Translations under genes and position numbers: made by a program
Shown here: in pieces, positions 36,481 to 49,336 of the stretch
Position numbering within the stretch: the stretch's first letter is position 1
Layout of the letters: every line of letters starts with the position of its first letter
Assembly: GCF_036321535.1 (NCBI RefSeq)
Contig: NC_087437.1
Coordinates: 12,960,001 to 13,024,000 of the forward strand
From: Camelus dromedarius
Taxonomy: Eukaryota
DNA length: 64,000 nucleotides
Reading direction: 5' to 3'
Notes under the pieces: model-generated
The model's input: only the letters and a program-made list of their open reading frames with translations
What the model was told of the DNA's origin: nothing
Databases searched by the model: none

Positions 36481-39400
36481 GGGAGGAAGTGACATCAGCA
36501 GCAATGGTGCAGTAAGGACCTTCCGGAAAAGCAATAAAAAGAGTGAAAAAATAGTAAAAATGGATTTCCCCCCCAAATTCTGGAAATTAACCAGATAATT
36601 GTAACAATCCACAGAGCGTTTATTCACGAAAAAGTCTGAATCATGGAAAGAATAGCAAACTTTGTGGTGTATTAACTTGCCAGTCTTGCCAGCTCAGTGG
36701 TAGCCTTGTATATAAATGACCTCACGCTTTGGGTAAAACCAGCAGCCTGTCAACCTCTGAAGGGGCAGAATGGAATGGGATGTCCTCTAAACCCAGTTCC
36801 CATGTAACTGTCATTATTTGACCTGTCCGACAGTCCCTTGGAAAATCCCACTCACAGGCTAGTCTTTATTTGGCCTGACTCAGAGCTGGCCCCTTGCAAA
36901 CAGTCTTTTCCCCAGGAGCGTTTGTCTCAAACAATTAGTGGCAGTTTTAAAACATTGCAGTTGTCTGAGGTGATGAGGCAAACAATAAGCTGAATAAAAA
37001 CTTAAAAGGAAAGCTGGTGAATGAGTTGTATGTACATAAAGGGCTTTGAAAGGCTAAAACATATTCCTAGAAATACAGAAAACCATACACATATTTAGGG
37101 TTGTGCGCATGTCCAGGGAAGAGCGAAGGCTCTAAGCTCTCCTGCTGATCTTAAGGCTCAGTGCAGGCAGAAAGTGAAGGCTAAGATACAGCTGTAAACT
37201 GCCTGCCTGTGTTGAATGCGTGCCCCAGCGTGCACACAGAGGACTTCAGCAGCAGCTGCAGGACTTACTGGTTCCAAGCATTTAAGGAAATCTTTGTATA
37301 ATCATGAGATGACCATTAACCTAACTGGAAAGAGAATCCAGTGCTCACAATATAGAATAGAATTAGAGTATAGACAAATTTACAGAATTAGCTCAGGAGA
37401 GTCCCTGATGAATGCACTGCAGCAACAGCAACAAACCCTGGGAAGAGAGGATGTGATTTCCCGAGTTGCCACATTGTATTATTTCAAATGTCCAGTTTTA
37501 AACAAAAAGGTATGAACCATACAAAGAAACAAGAAGGTATGATGCATACCCAGGAAAAAAGCAATCAATAGAAACTGTCCTTGAGAAAACACAGACTTTA
37601 TACTTATTAGATGAAGGTTTAAATTGTCTATTCAAAGAACATATTTAGAAAGGAAATTTAGGAAGATCAACCACACCTAGGAACTAAAGGAAGGTATGAG
37701 AATGACGTCTCACCAAATAGAGAGGAATGAAAATGAAAGCACAACATAACAAAATTTTTGGCATAGACCTTAGCAATGATGCTTAGAGAGAAATTTATAG
37801 CTATAAATACTTATATTAAATAAAGAAAAAAAGATTTCAAATCAGTAATCTTTCATCTTAGGAAACTGGAAAGAGAAGAGCAAACTAAACCCAAAGCAAG
37901 TATTAGAAGGAAATAATACAGATTAGAGCAAAAATAAATAAAATAGGTAATAGAAATGCAATAGAGAAAACACAGTAAAGGAAACCAAAAGGTTGATTCT
38001 TTGAAAAGATCAACACAATTGTCAAAATATTAGCTAGACTGACAAAGAGAAAAGAGAGAAGATTCAATTAGAATGCCAAACATTCAGATAATTTAGGTAA
38101 AATGAATCAATTCCTAGAAAGTCACATCTATCAAAACTGATTGAAGAAGACAGAAAATCTGCATAGGCTTATAACAGTAAAGGAATTGAATTAGTAATAA
38201 AAAGAACTTCACACAGAGATAAGGCAAGGACTAGATGGTGAATTCACTAGTGAAATCTATCACGTGTTTAAAGAAGAATTAACACCTGTCTTTCACAGGT
38301 TCTTCTAAAAAATAGAAGAGGAGGGAACATTTCTCAACCCAGCTCTATAAAGGTCAGTATTACTCGTACCAAAACCAGACAAAAACACCACAAGGGGAAA
38401 AAAAAAACAACTACATTCTGAACATGGGAAGAATATACATTTCAAATATGGAAGCAAAATTCTTAACAAAGTACCATCACTGAATCCAACAAGATATGTA
38501 AAAAAAAAATCATACACCATGACCAAGTGGGTTTTCTCCAGGAATGCAAGGTTGTTTCAAGATATAAAAATCAATCAATGTGACACACCATAGTAATGAA
38601 AGATAAGAATCATGTGTTCTTCTCAATTGATACGGAAAAAGTATTTAACAAAATCCAACACCCTTTTATGATAAAAACATTCAACTAACTGATAATAGAA
38701 GGAAATATCCTTAATCTGATAAAGGGCATCTATGAAAAAAATCACTGCTAACATAGTACCTAATGTGAAAGATTAAAAGCTTTTCCACTAAGATCAGGAA
38801 CAAGGCAAGGGTGTCTGCTCTCACCACTTCTGTTCAACATTGTGCTGGAGGTTCCAGCCAGGGCAGCTGGGCAAGAAAAGTAAATAAAATCATTCAGATC
38901 AGAAAAGATGAATTAAAACTATCTCTATTCACAGATGACATGAGTTTGCACATAAAAAATCCTTAGGAATCCACATACACAGAAAAACTGTTATAGCTAA
39001 TAAACAGTACAGCAAAGTTCCAGGATACAGGATCAATATACAAAAATTAGTTATATTTCTACACAATAGCAATGAACACCACCAGACTGTAATTATGGAA
39101 ATAATTTCTTGCATGACAGAATTAAAAACCAAGTTAGGGGTTAATTTAATGAAATAAGTGTAAAACTTGTACATTAAAAACTACAAAACATCTTTGAAAG
39201 AAATTTAAAAATGCCTAAATAAATGGAAATATGTCCTGTTTTCATGGGTTGGAAGATTTAATACTGTTAAAATGAAAATAATTCCCAAATTGGTCTATAG
39301 ACTCAATATGGATTCAATGTAATCCCTTTTAAAACCATAGCTGCCTTTTTTCTTTCAGAAATGGGCAAGCAGACCGTAAAATTCATAAGGAAATGTAGGG

Positions 39401-40250
39401 GACCCAGAATAGACAAAACATTCTTGAAAAACAATAAAGTTAGAGGACTCACAACTTACCACTTTCAAAATTTACTGCAAAGCTATAATATCATGGTTGT
39501 GTGGTCCTGGCATAAAGATAGACATGGAGATAAACTGAATAGAATTATGAGTCCCTAAATAAACCCTTAAATTTTATGACCGCTTGGTTTTTGGCAATGG
39601 TGCCAAGACAACTGGGTGAAGGAAAGAATAATTTTTGCAATCAGTGCTGCTATGACAGCTGAATACCCACATACGAAATGATGAAGTTAGCCTCTTATTT
39701 AATGTTATTTACAAAAAGTAGCTCAAAATGGATTAAAGACCTGAATGTAGAAGGTAAAACTATAAAAATTGTGGAAGAAAACATAGACATAAATCTTTGC
39801 ATCCTTGGATTAGGCAATAGTTTCTTAGACATGATATCAAAAGCACATGCAGCTAAAGAAAAAAATATCTATATTGACTTCATAATTAAAACCTTTTAGG
39901 CTTCAAAAGTGACATTATCAAGAAAGTCGAAAGACAGCCCACAGGAGGGAGAAAATGACTGCAAATTATGTATCTATAAGGGGATACCATTCAAAATGTA
40001 TAAATAACACAACTCAACCATAAAAAGGCAAAAAAAAATCAATTAAAATCTGGGCAAATGATTTAAATAGACATTTATCTAAAGGTGATATAAAAAAGGT
40101 CATTAAGTACCTGGAGAGAAGCTCAACATCATTCGTTATTATTTAAGAAATGCATGTGAAAACCGAAGTGAGTTGCTGCTTCGCACCTACTAGTATGGTT
40201 ATAATAGAAAAGATGGGACAATGGCAGGTGTTGCCGAGGGTGTGGAGCCA
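36481..40250 (+). mobile_element. Large old L1 (5'UTR, partial ORF1, disrupted ORF2)
   Basis: [18 protein letters not shown] at ~38797, LFTDDM (FADD motif) at ~38924, VWSWHKDRH and [10 protein letters not shown]. Many stops, and a deletion near 37720. Confidence 0.92.
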
Positions 40251-40284
40251 CCATATGTGCCAGAGTTAGTGGATTGATTAGAAT

Positions 40285-40319
40285 TTCTTTCCTTTTCTTT
40301 CCTTCCTTCCTTCCTTCCT

Positions 40320-40351
<32 letters not shown>

Positions 40352-40380
40352 TCCTTCCTCCCTCCCTCCTTTCTTTTTCT
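40285..40380. repeat. Compound (TTCC)n(CTGC)n microsatellite
   Basis: Read directly from the sequence. Confidence 0.95.
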
Positions 40381-40637
40381 GTTCATGGCATTGTAAGGAA
40401 GACCAATCCCCTTTGGGTACTAAGACAATTCTGGATGGTGATGGGGGCCCCAAGAAAGGAAGATACACTTCATGATAAGGCAGGTGAGGATTTGCCTGAC
40501 TATCTGAAGAAACAAAAGTTGTCTTAATTGTACTCCAAGTTGATGAATGGGTTCAAAGTGGTTGCAGGGAGTAGAGTTGGAAGCTCGAGAATTGGTGATG
40601 GAATATTAGTAAATCCCCTGCTCAGAAAACTTCAGCC

Positions 40638-40700
40638 TACCAAATGGCACAAAACACATGGTACCAAATGGCACAAAACACATGGTATCAAATGGCACAA
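40638..40700. repeat. 24-bp tandem repeat, ~2.6 copies
   Basis: taccaaatggcacaaaacacatgg twice, then tatcaaatggcacaa. Confidence 0.95.
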
Positions 40701-43700
40701 TACTCTGATTTTCATGTAATTCAGGTTCTTTGTCCTTTATTCAAGCCAGTTAAGGTGGCGATTTTGGTACAGAATCTGGTGCGGGCATCATTTCTGGGCT
40801 AACTCCCGTGTTTGCTGGCTGTCATTTTGTTTACGAGACTTCTCTTTAATTCTTCTGTTGTCAGAGAGCCAGACATGCCATCTGAGTGCCCGTGTGAGCG
40901 TGCACAGAAACCACTTCAGCTGGCAAAGGTATGATGAATCCGAAGGCATTAATAGTTTGGGAGAGTGTTCATTTCTTTTTCTACATATGTCCTTCTTTTT
41001 GCGAAACTGCAGATGATTTTAAAATCAGGAGACTGTCACACCACCCAGCGGCCTCAGTGCCTTTTCCTCTTCCCCTGGCGGACCAACCCTGAGCTCTGGG
41101 GGCACCTGCTTTTGTGACGCCAACTCATCAACTGAGAGGGAAATGCTTGACCTTGAACAAAGACCTCTGATTGTGTGGTCTTTGAAAAACAATGCTGCAA
41201 TCGTATCTTTTCTAAAGGCCAGCGATAAGGTCTTTGTTCTTTTGTCGTTTCTGGAGTTTTTCTGGGAGGAGATCTTATGGCAATGCTAGTCCGGGATTAT
41301 AGGACATTTTAAGGACACAGTGATTTCACATAGGCTTGTAAGTGGGTGGTGAAGTTTTTGCACGCATCTTTTCAAGTACTTATAACTAAATTTTTTTATT
41401 TTTTGTCCATGTCTACTGGCTTGCTCTGGCTCTTTTCCAACTCTAGAATAATATCAGAAAAAAATATGGATCTACAGCAAAGTTTTTTGCATAATTAAAC
41501 ATTGGAGGGCTTGAAGTGGATTGGTCAGCATGCTTGCTTTTCTAACCTTTATTCAGCTGAGTTTACCACCTATTACCTTTGTGAAAACTGTTGCATGTTT
41601 TCCTTTGTGGAAAGCTGCAGTTGCTGGAATCTCCGAGGCCATGTCCTCCTTGGTGGGAAACTGGAGCGGGGCTATGCCCCATATCAGGATTGGTGGTCCC
41701 AGCCTATTACAAAATATGCCGGTTTCAAGTAGTTCTCCCTAAGGGCTGTCCGAATGACACGGATGAAAAGGACAAGCACTCTGGGGCACTGAGAGCTCAA
41801 CCTAAAAGAATAGAAGAGCTATTTCCCCTCCCCCTTTGCTATTCTGCCAATCTCCACAACTGCGTTTATTTTTAGACTCTCATTCTATAAATTGATGCCT
41901 GGCTGCTGCCTTCATCCCCTTCTTGTCATGTATAAAAAAGACATGCAGTAGATTCTTTGCAGAGGAGTAGCCAGAATGTTTATTATGGATGTTTTTGTAG
42001 TTTGTCCTTCAGGTGGCCCCAAAGCAGTAATTTACACAGGCAAAACCCGGCTGCAAAACATACACCTGGAAGCTCAGGCATCTCTCTAACGGCTCCTTAG
42101 CTTCTACTGACCAGGATGCTTATGTGTGTCGGTATCAGATAGCAAGTGGAGTCTTCCTCCTCCTTCAGATCCAGGAGAGACTGGTCCAGCTCTTAAACAG
42201 CATATCCTGTGGCAGTCTACAAGATTCCTGCAAATCTCTAGACGTTCTTTCACTCTGTAGAAATCCTGGCTTTGATCGTCTCCCTTGTGGACAGTGTGCT
42301 GTCCCACAAGGAACGTTCTCTACGTGTGCACACAAGACACTTTCTTTGATTTCCACAAAAGCTTCTTTCCGCAAGGCAATTTCTGTGCTGAGTAGACTTA
42401 AGTGAGGATTTGGGAGTGGGAATGGTCTTGGGGACTCAGAATTGCGACATGCATATCAGTGTCAGTAACACCACTTCAAGTTGAACATTACACATTGGCT
42501 TTCCTCCTCCTCCTCCCCTCTCCATCCCTCTCCCCTCTGCCCCCTCCAGGCAGGAGCAAAAACAGTTTCTTCTGGTCTCCTACACAGCCATTCAGCCACT
42601 CTGCCCTCTGCAAACCTTCATAACTTTAGGTTCCTACTGCCTACTTCTCCAGGTGGCACATTGCAAATAGATACTTTCCTTCTTGAAAGAAGTTTTTGTA
42701 TCAACGATTAAGATAAGACATTATTTTCCACTTCTGTTTTCCAGATATCACCCAAACAACCAGGTTTCCTTGAAGGTTTTTATTTTGATCGTAAAGCACT
42801 CTGAGCAGTGACTGTGTAGCTTTGGTGAACATCAGAATCCCTTGGGGAGGTTGTCAAGCATACAGATGCCCAAGTCCTGGTATAACGGGATATAAGCAGC
42901 ATCATTTATGACTATGATGTGCAATACAATTTCATTTAAGGCCAAGTGCAGATGAACCTACAATGGTGTCTTCCGGCTCACTTTTGTACCTTCCCAAGTA
43001 TAGGAAGATATCTGAAAACAAATCCTTCAGTCGATCAGTTTACTGGATATTTTTTCCCCTGTGAAATATATTCTGTCTAAAAAGTGACCTCACACAGCCA
43101 TTTGCATTATCAATCTTTTAACTCAAGGAGTTAAAATCCCACTTTCCCCCATAGTAAAGGGATTTTTAGACCTTCAGAATAAGATGAGGAAAAAGAAACC
43201 AATTTATTAACTGGCAGTTTGAAATCATACCAGACCTACTCTCTTGGCCTGAAAGATAAACTTTATATATATATTTGCATATGCATAGGTGCTTGGGCAA
43301 AGAAATCTCTATTGAGATAGTACCATGTCTGTAAACTCTGGGAAGACCCGGGGCTTAGTCCCAGAGATAGGAAAGGAGAAACTGGCATTCACTGGTAACC
43401 TGATTCTTTTAGGGTCCAGAGCCAATCTTGCCCTAGGGCGAGCCTACCTGTGCCTCACCTCAGCACCCTCTCCAAACCCTGCCTCCCCCTTAATTTGTCC
43501 CAGTGTTCCCAAATTATATTGGCTGGCATAGTTATCAAACTTTAAATTAATCATATAACCTCATAATCAATCAACCTTTAATATAATGATGCTTTATATG
43601 GTAGCCCACCCACATCCCCTTATGCCCTAGAATATATTTGGTTTGTCTGATGAAAAGCTTGTAAAAGGGAAGACTGCATGGAGTTGACTTAAAGCTTTTT

Positions 43701-43769
43701 TGGTTATTGAGCTTATGAGATCAACCATAGATGTACTGAGCCCTTATTTTGCAGGGACTGTGCTAAATA

Positions 43770-45345
43770 CTTTGTTTTTTTGGAGACGTTTTAGAATCCC
43801 AGCGGAAAGTACAGAGAGTCTCCATACGTTCCCTCCCATGACACAGGTACAAACTCAGCCACCAGCAGCAGCCAGCACTAGAATTTGTCACAATTGCTAA
43901 TGCCATTATGACCATTGTTCATATTAGGGTTTACATTTGTTGATTTTGAGAAGTGTATAACAACACGTGTCCACCATTATAGTGTCATGCAGAATACATT
44001 CACTGCCCTAAAAATCCCCCATGCTCGGCCTGTGTATCCCTCCCTCCCCTCAAACCTGACACCCACTCATCTTTTTACTGTCTCCACAGTAAAAATGCCT
44101 TTGCCTTTTCCAGAACGTCATATAGTTGGAATCACACAGTATATAGTTTTACAGATTAACTTATTTCACTTAGGATATACATTTAAGGTTCCTCTATGTC
44201 TTCTCGTGGCTGGATAATTCATTTCTGCTTTAGTGCTGTTTTTGCATTGCACCAGTGTTTATTTATTCATTCATCCACTGAATGAAAATGAGATTCACCT
44301 ACTGAAGGGCATCCTGGTTGCTTCCAAGCTTTGGCAATTACAAATAAAGCTGCTATAAACATCTGTGTTTAGGTTTTTGTGTGGACTTAAGTTTTTCATT
44401 TCTTTGGGTAAATACCAAGGAGTGTTGATCATTATTGCTTTTCTGCGTCCTACTTAAGAAAACTTAATCTACCCTCAGGCAAATATTCTCCCACGTAATC
44501 TAGAATTTCATAGTTTTAGCTTTTACATTTAGGCTTTCGATCCTCTTTGAGTTAAGGATTAAAGTTTATTTTTTCCATATGGATATCTGCTTGTTGAAAA
44601 AATTTCCTACCTTCATTAGATTGATTGGGTGCATTTATCAAAAGTTAAATGACTACATACTTGTGAGGTTTTGTCCAGGCTCGCAATTCTGTTCTACTGA
44701 TCTATTTGTCTTTATGCCAGTTCCACACAATTTGATTTACTGTAATTTCAGAATAAATCTGGATGGTAGGTAGTCTAAGTGTAAGTGTTTTTCCTTCGCA
44801 AATTGTTTTTAAATATTCTAGGTCATTTGCAATTCTACCTAAATTTTAGAATCAACTTGTCAGTTTCCACCAAAAAAAAACCCACCTGCTGCCATTATGA
44901 TTTGTGTTGTGTTGAATGCATAGATTAATCAGGAGGCACGAGGAACCAGCATCTTAGCAATACTGACACTTCCACTCCATCAACACGGTACGTGGCTCAC
45001 TGTATTTGAGTTTTCTTTAATTTCTCTCAACAATGTTTAATAGTTTTAGTATAGAGATTTTCCATGTCTTTTGTGAAATTTATTCCTAAGTATATTATGT
45101 TTTTTTGATGGTATTGCAGAAAAAAAATCTTAAAAAATTTTCATTTTCCAATTTTTGATGCTAGTATATACATATTTTGAATATTAACCTTGTATGTTAT
45201 GTCATTGATCAATTCAGGCATTAGTTCTATTAGTTATTTTATAGATTCTTTAGAAATTGTTCTATAAAAATTCAAGTTGTCTGCAAATAGAGACAGTTTT
45301 ATCTCTTCCTTTCTGATCTTTATGCCCTTTATTTCTTTTTCTTGA
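43770..45345 (-). mobile_element. Old L1 (L1MC-like 3' end + ORF2 remnants)
   Basis: tgtccaccattatagtgtcatgcagaatacattcactgccctaaaaatcccc; gaagggcatcctggttgcttccaagctttggcaatt; ttgtctgcaaatagagacag (reversed FAD motif). Confidence 0.88.
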
Positions 45346-45920
45346 CTTTTTACACTGAAGATCTCATCTTAAAGCACAGATCTGATAGCATCACTGTTTT
45401 CTCAAGAACAGTTGAATGCTCCACCATTGTCCCCAAGACTGAGCATGAACTCCCACTCCCAGACAGAGCTCTTACCTTAACCCCCCATACAATGTGCTTT
45501 CTATGTCATGCTTGGCTTTCCTTGATACTGTGGTACATTTTCCTCTTTTTATTACTTTATCTACTCCAAGTGAACTGCATTTCAAAATTGATCTGTACAT
45601 TTTAACTGTTTCTTCCAGCTCCTTTTTTGTCCATAGTACATCTAGTGTTAAGGAAGTGTAATGCTCAGCCTTCCTGGTATATGGCTAGTACATTGTCATA
45701 CCTGTGAAGTTTTGCTCAAACCACTTCACCAACCTGGATGTCTCTTTCACATGTGTGCCTGTTGAAATTGTGCTCATTCTTCAAGGACCATTCAAGGTCA
45801 CATTTTTTTCTGAAGTCACTATTTATTCTGGTGGATTGGAATTAATCTCCTGTTCCCCCCATATTTTGACAGAGAATCATCTTTTTTACCTTATTGCAAT
45901 ACTTATCAATTTTGCTTTGC

Positions 45921-46338
45921 CCATGGATGGAAGTAGAGGTCATCATTCTAAGTGAAGTAACCAGAAAGAGAGAGAAAAATACCATATATCACTCATATGT
46001 GGAATCTGAAAAAAGAACAAAAGAGAACATTAATGAACTCATCTACAAAACAGAAACAAACTTGCAGACATGGGAAACAGTCTTATGGTTACTGGGGGGA
46101 AGGGGGTGGGAAGGGATACATTTTGGAGTTTGAAATTTGCAAATGTTAGCCACTATAAAAATAGATACAAAAAACAAATTTCTTCTGTATAGCACGGGGA
46201 ACTATATTCAATATCTTGTAATAACCTTTAATGAAAAAGAATATGAAAATGAATATATGTATGTATATGCATGACTGGGACATTGTGCTGTACGCCAGAA
46301 GTTAACACAGTGTAACTGACTGTACTTCAATTAAAAAA
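45921..46338 (+). mobile_element. 5'-truncated L1 3' end
   Basis: catcattctaagtgaagtaaccag...ctgtatagcacggggaactatattcaata...tacttcaattaaaaaaa. TSD ttttgctttgc. Confidence 0.9.
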
Positions 46339-46794
46339 ATTTTTTTTTGCTTTGCAAATGTTGTGTTACATGTCTTATTTATGTCTGCATCCTTGCTGGT
46401 ATCTGGTACAGCACATATAGATAAGAGGTGATTGTTTCCTAAACACCCATGTCAACCATTCATTTATTTCAGCGTCCGGTGGTAAATAGTCTCAATGTTA
46501 AGATATTGACCTACTGTGTTAATGAATTGGGTGTGCGAGGCCATTTAATCACATGATAATTTGCATTACTAATTATCTTTAGGCTCAGAGGATCCAATTG
46601 ACCATGACAGGAACTTGGGGGTGATCCTTGACGCTTCCTTGTCCCTCAGCCCCTGATCTAATCAGTCTTCAGGCCTCATTCCCAACTGTCGCTCATGTCT
46701 ATCCCTTTCTCTCCATTTGACAGCTCCGTGTCCAGGTCTGCCTGAACATACGAGCACCTGGATTACTGTGTTATCTGCTAGGTGCTCTTCTTTC

Positions 46795-47217
46795 TTTTCT
46801 TTTTTTTTTTTTCATTTTAAACCACTTTATTAAGGAATGATTGACATGTAGAATCTGCACATATTCATTTATTTATTTATTTATTAACATTTTTTATTGA
46901 TTTATAATCATTTTACAATGTTGTGTCAAATTCCAGTGTTCAGCACAATTTTTCAGTCATTCATGGACATATACACACTCATTATCACATTTTTTTCTCT
47001 GTGAGTTATCATAACATTTTGTGTATATTTCCCTGTGCTATACAGTGTAATCTTGTTTCTCTATTCTACAATTTTGAAATCCCAGTCTATCCCTTCCCAA
47101 CCTCCACCCCCCTGGCAACCACAAGTCTGTATTCTCTGTCTATGAATCTATTTCTGTCCTGTATTTACGCTTTGTTTTTGTTTGTTTGTTTGTTTTTGTT
47201 TTTTAGATTCCACATAT
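46795..47217 (-). mobile_element. Young L1 3' end carrying a 3' transduction, inserted in an L2 remnant
   Basis: Perfect 16-bp TSD taggtgctcttctttc (46779-46794 / 47218-47233). Two A-rich tails are separated by ~55 bp. Confidence 0.9.
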
Positions 47218-47959
47218 TAGGTGCTCTTCTTTCAAGCTCGTGTTTCTTCAATCCCTTTTTTTCGTGCTTCTGGGTGGATGTTTCTATAACTCAAATTTGA
47301 CCATGTCACTCTCTTACTTAAAGCCATTTGATGTGCCTGATCCCAAGGGTCATTTTGACAATTGCCTTCCAGCAGTGGAGACTCCTTACAAGACCCACTA
47401 TTTCCAGATTTCTTGCCTCATTTGGGGGGCAGGGTGGAGTGATTTCCTTTTTTGGTGACAGAGACACTGGGTAATGGACATAGAAAGCAGGATGAAGAGA
47501 GATGAGGGGGAAAAGGAGACCGTCGCGAGCGCTGCGCCTGCCCTGCAGAATCTAGTTCCTGGCAAGGTAATCAGCATGCAGAGCAGCTGCACTGCATCCT
47601 GCACGCATTAACAATGGAACACCAGCTTTCCAAGCCCTTCTCTGCTTCTTCACAAATTCACGTGCCTTCTGGCCGCTCTGACACAGTCCTGGTTCAGAAT
47701 CCATTAGCTGAAGATTTTGTCCATGAACAAAAATGATTTTGCATGCTTGTGATTAATGAGAAGGCTGTTCCAAAATCACAAGACGCCATACTGGCTAACT
47801 ACTATTAATTATTTTTATCATCATAATACTGAGAAACTGTTTCATCACACCAGAAACAATTGTTCAGATTGACTTGCTTGGATGGAAAGCACACTGTGTA
47901 TCATTTTGAAAAGCAAGTGTTTTCTGATGTTGCTGATTTATGAAGATAATCTTAATCAC

Positions 47960-48200
47960 CATAGCCAACTGTGTGTGCTTATAGTGAGTGCTGCACTGCA
48001 GTAAGTTATTTGCATGTCTTAATTTATTTAATCCTCACAACCCCTCTATGAAGTAGATGGGGTTACTATCGCTATTTTACAGATGAGAAAACTGAGGCTC
48101 AGAGGTTAGGTTATGCACAGGTGGTAAGTGGTAGAGTCTAGATTCAAACAGGTAATCTCATGCCAGAGCCCACACTTGAACTCTTCCCCTACACTGTGTT
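47960..48200 (-). mobile_element. MIR
   Basis: atttaatcctcacaacccctctatgaagtag...attttacagatgagaaaactgaggctcagaggtt. Confidence 0.9.
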
Positions 48201-48584
48201 AGGAGTGGAGACTACTTGTTAACAAGGCCTTTTGCTGTCATAGTCAGGAACCCCCTAGACCAAGCTACATGTTGAGAACTTCTAGTGGGGCAGATGGATG
48301 GACTGATGTTATGCTGTGCAGGGTTGCAAAAAAGAACCAGGGCAACATATCCTATCCCATCGAGGGTGAAATCAGCAGTTAATAGTTGGATCAAGAAAGT
48401 TTAGTGAAATCCAGTTAAATTTGGAACTTCCCAAGGGTCTAATTTGAAGGAGGGAGGATGGAAGTGTGATTGTGGGCAATTAGATTATCAGCAAACAAAT
48501 GTTCTCCCAGTTTGTGGGCCAGAGAGAAGAGAAGGGCACCAGAAGCAGTCTGAGGGGACCTTGGCTTCGGCAGATAGACAGATA

Positions 48585-48830
48585 GCGTGGTGACTCAGTG
48601 TGCTGGGTTTGGGAGTCACACGCAACAGAGAGCTACGTCCTGGCTCAGCCATTTACGCTGAAGTTAAGCAAGTTCCTTACCTACTTCAGACTTCAAACTT
48701 TTGTTTCCTCATCTGTAAATCTCCCTACCTGAAAGGGTTTTTGAGTGAACTGAATGAGAGGAAGTTTATAAAGTACCCAGCACAGCCCAAAGCAGCAAGG
48801 AGGCACTTTTTAGGTGACAGTGACTAATAA
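48585..48830 (+). mobile_element. MIR
   Basis: tcctggctcagccatttac...ttaagcaagttccttacct...gtttcctcatctgtaaa. Confidence 0.8.
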
Positions 48831-48857
48831 CAATGAAGACACCGATAATGATGCAGT

Positions 48858-49336
48858 GTTTGTTTGCTTGTTTGTTTTAACAAATATTTTGCTTACTTTA
48901 ACAAAGCTGGTATAGACAATGCCCATTGAAAACTCATATCCCAGGTCAAAAAGTACAAATAAAAAAGAGCAGTGTTCTGTTTCATCCACTTCTGCATGGA
49001 TAACTTTAACTGCTGATAAAATGAGAACTTTTCTGGGATCTTCTGACAAGCTTTTTCCTTCATCTTAAAACGCTTTCTCTTCACGGAAGCCGTCTTTGGA
49101 GTTAGTGATTATTCTCATCACCTCTGTCGTCGTGACTCCAACCTGATATTTTCCTTCTTTTGGTCCAGACCCTCAGATTTTAAAAGTAGCTTCAAGTTAA
49201 GGAAAGGTAATTTTTCCACAGTTCAGTTCTCTGAAGAACCCCCATCTCCCACCCAAAGTCACAGTCCAGGAGTGAAGCAATCACATGCTAGAACTTCAGG
49301 GCTGATTGGAGAGTCATTGTGAACACTCACATTAGT
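48858..49336 (-). pseudogene. SUMO1: 5'-truncated processed pseudogene, 3'UTR only, of SUMO1
   Basis: The minus strand reads AATGACTCTCCAATCAGCCCTGAAGTTCTAGCATGTGATTGCTTCACTCCTGGACTGTGACTTT...AGAGAACTGAACTGTGGAAAAATTACCTTTCCTTAACTTGAAGCTACTTTTAAAA...GTCAGAAGATCCCAGAAAAGTTCT, which I recall as the SUMO1 3'UTR. It ends in a degenerate (AAAC)n tail. Identified from memory, not by search. Confidence 0.75.

Noticed and set aside
40129..40468. ORFs with GRQA/GRKE repeats
   Set aside because: They are translations of the compound microsatellite.
40638..40700. CRISPR-like repeat
   Set aside because: Head-to-tail tandem copies with no spacers, in a mammalian context.
42104..42405. Three overlapping ORFs suggesting an exon
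   Set aside because: No recognisable protein in any frame; retained only as part of the unique island.
34542..47300. Near-identical ORFs MSNSSVQHNFSVIHGH (34542-34733 and 46923-47300) as a duplicated gene
   Set aside because: Both are antisense readings of the same young L1 3'UTR.
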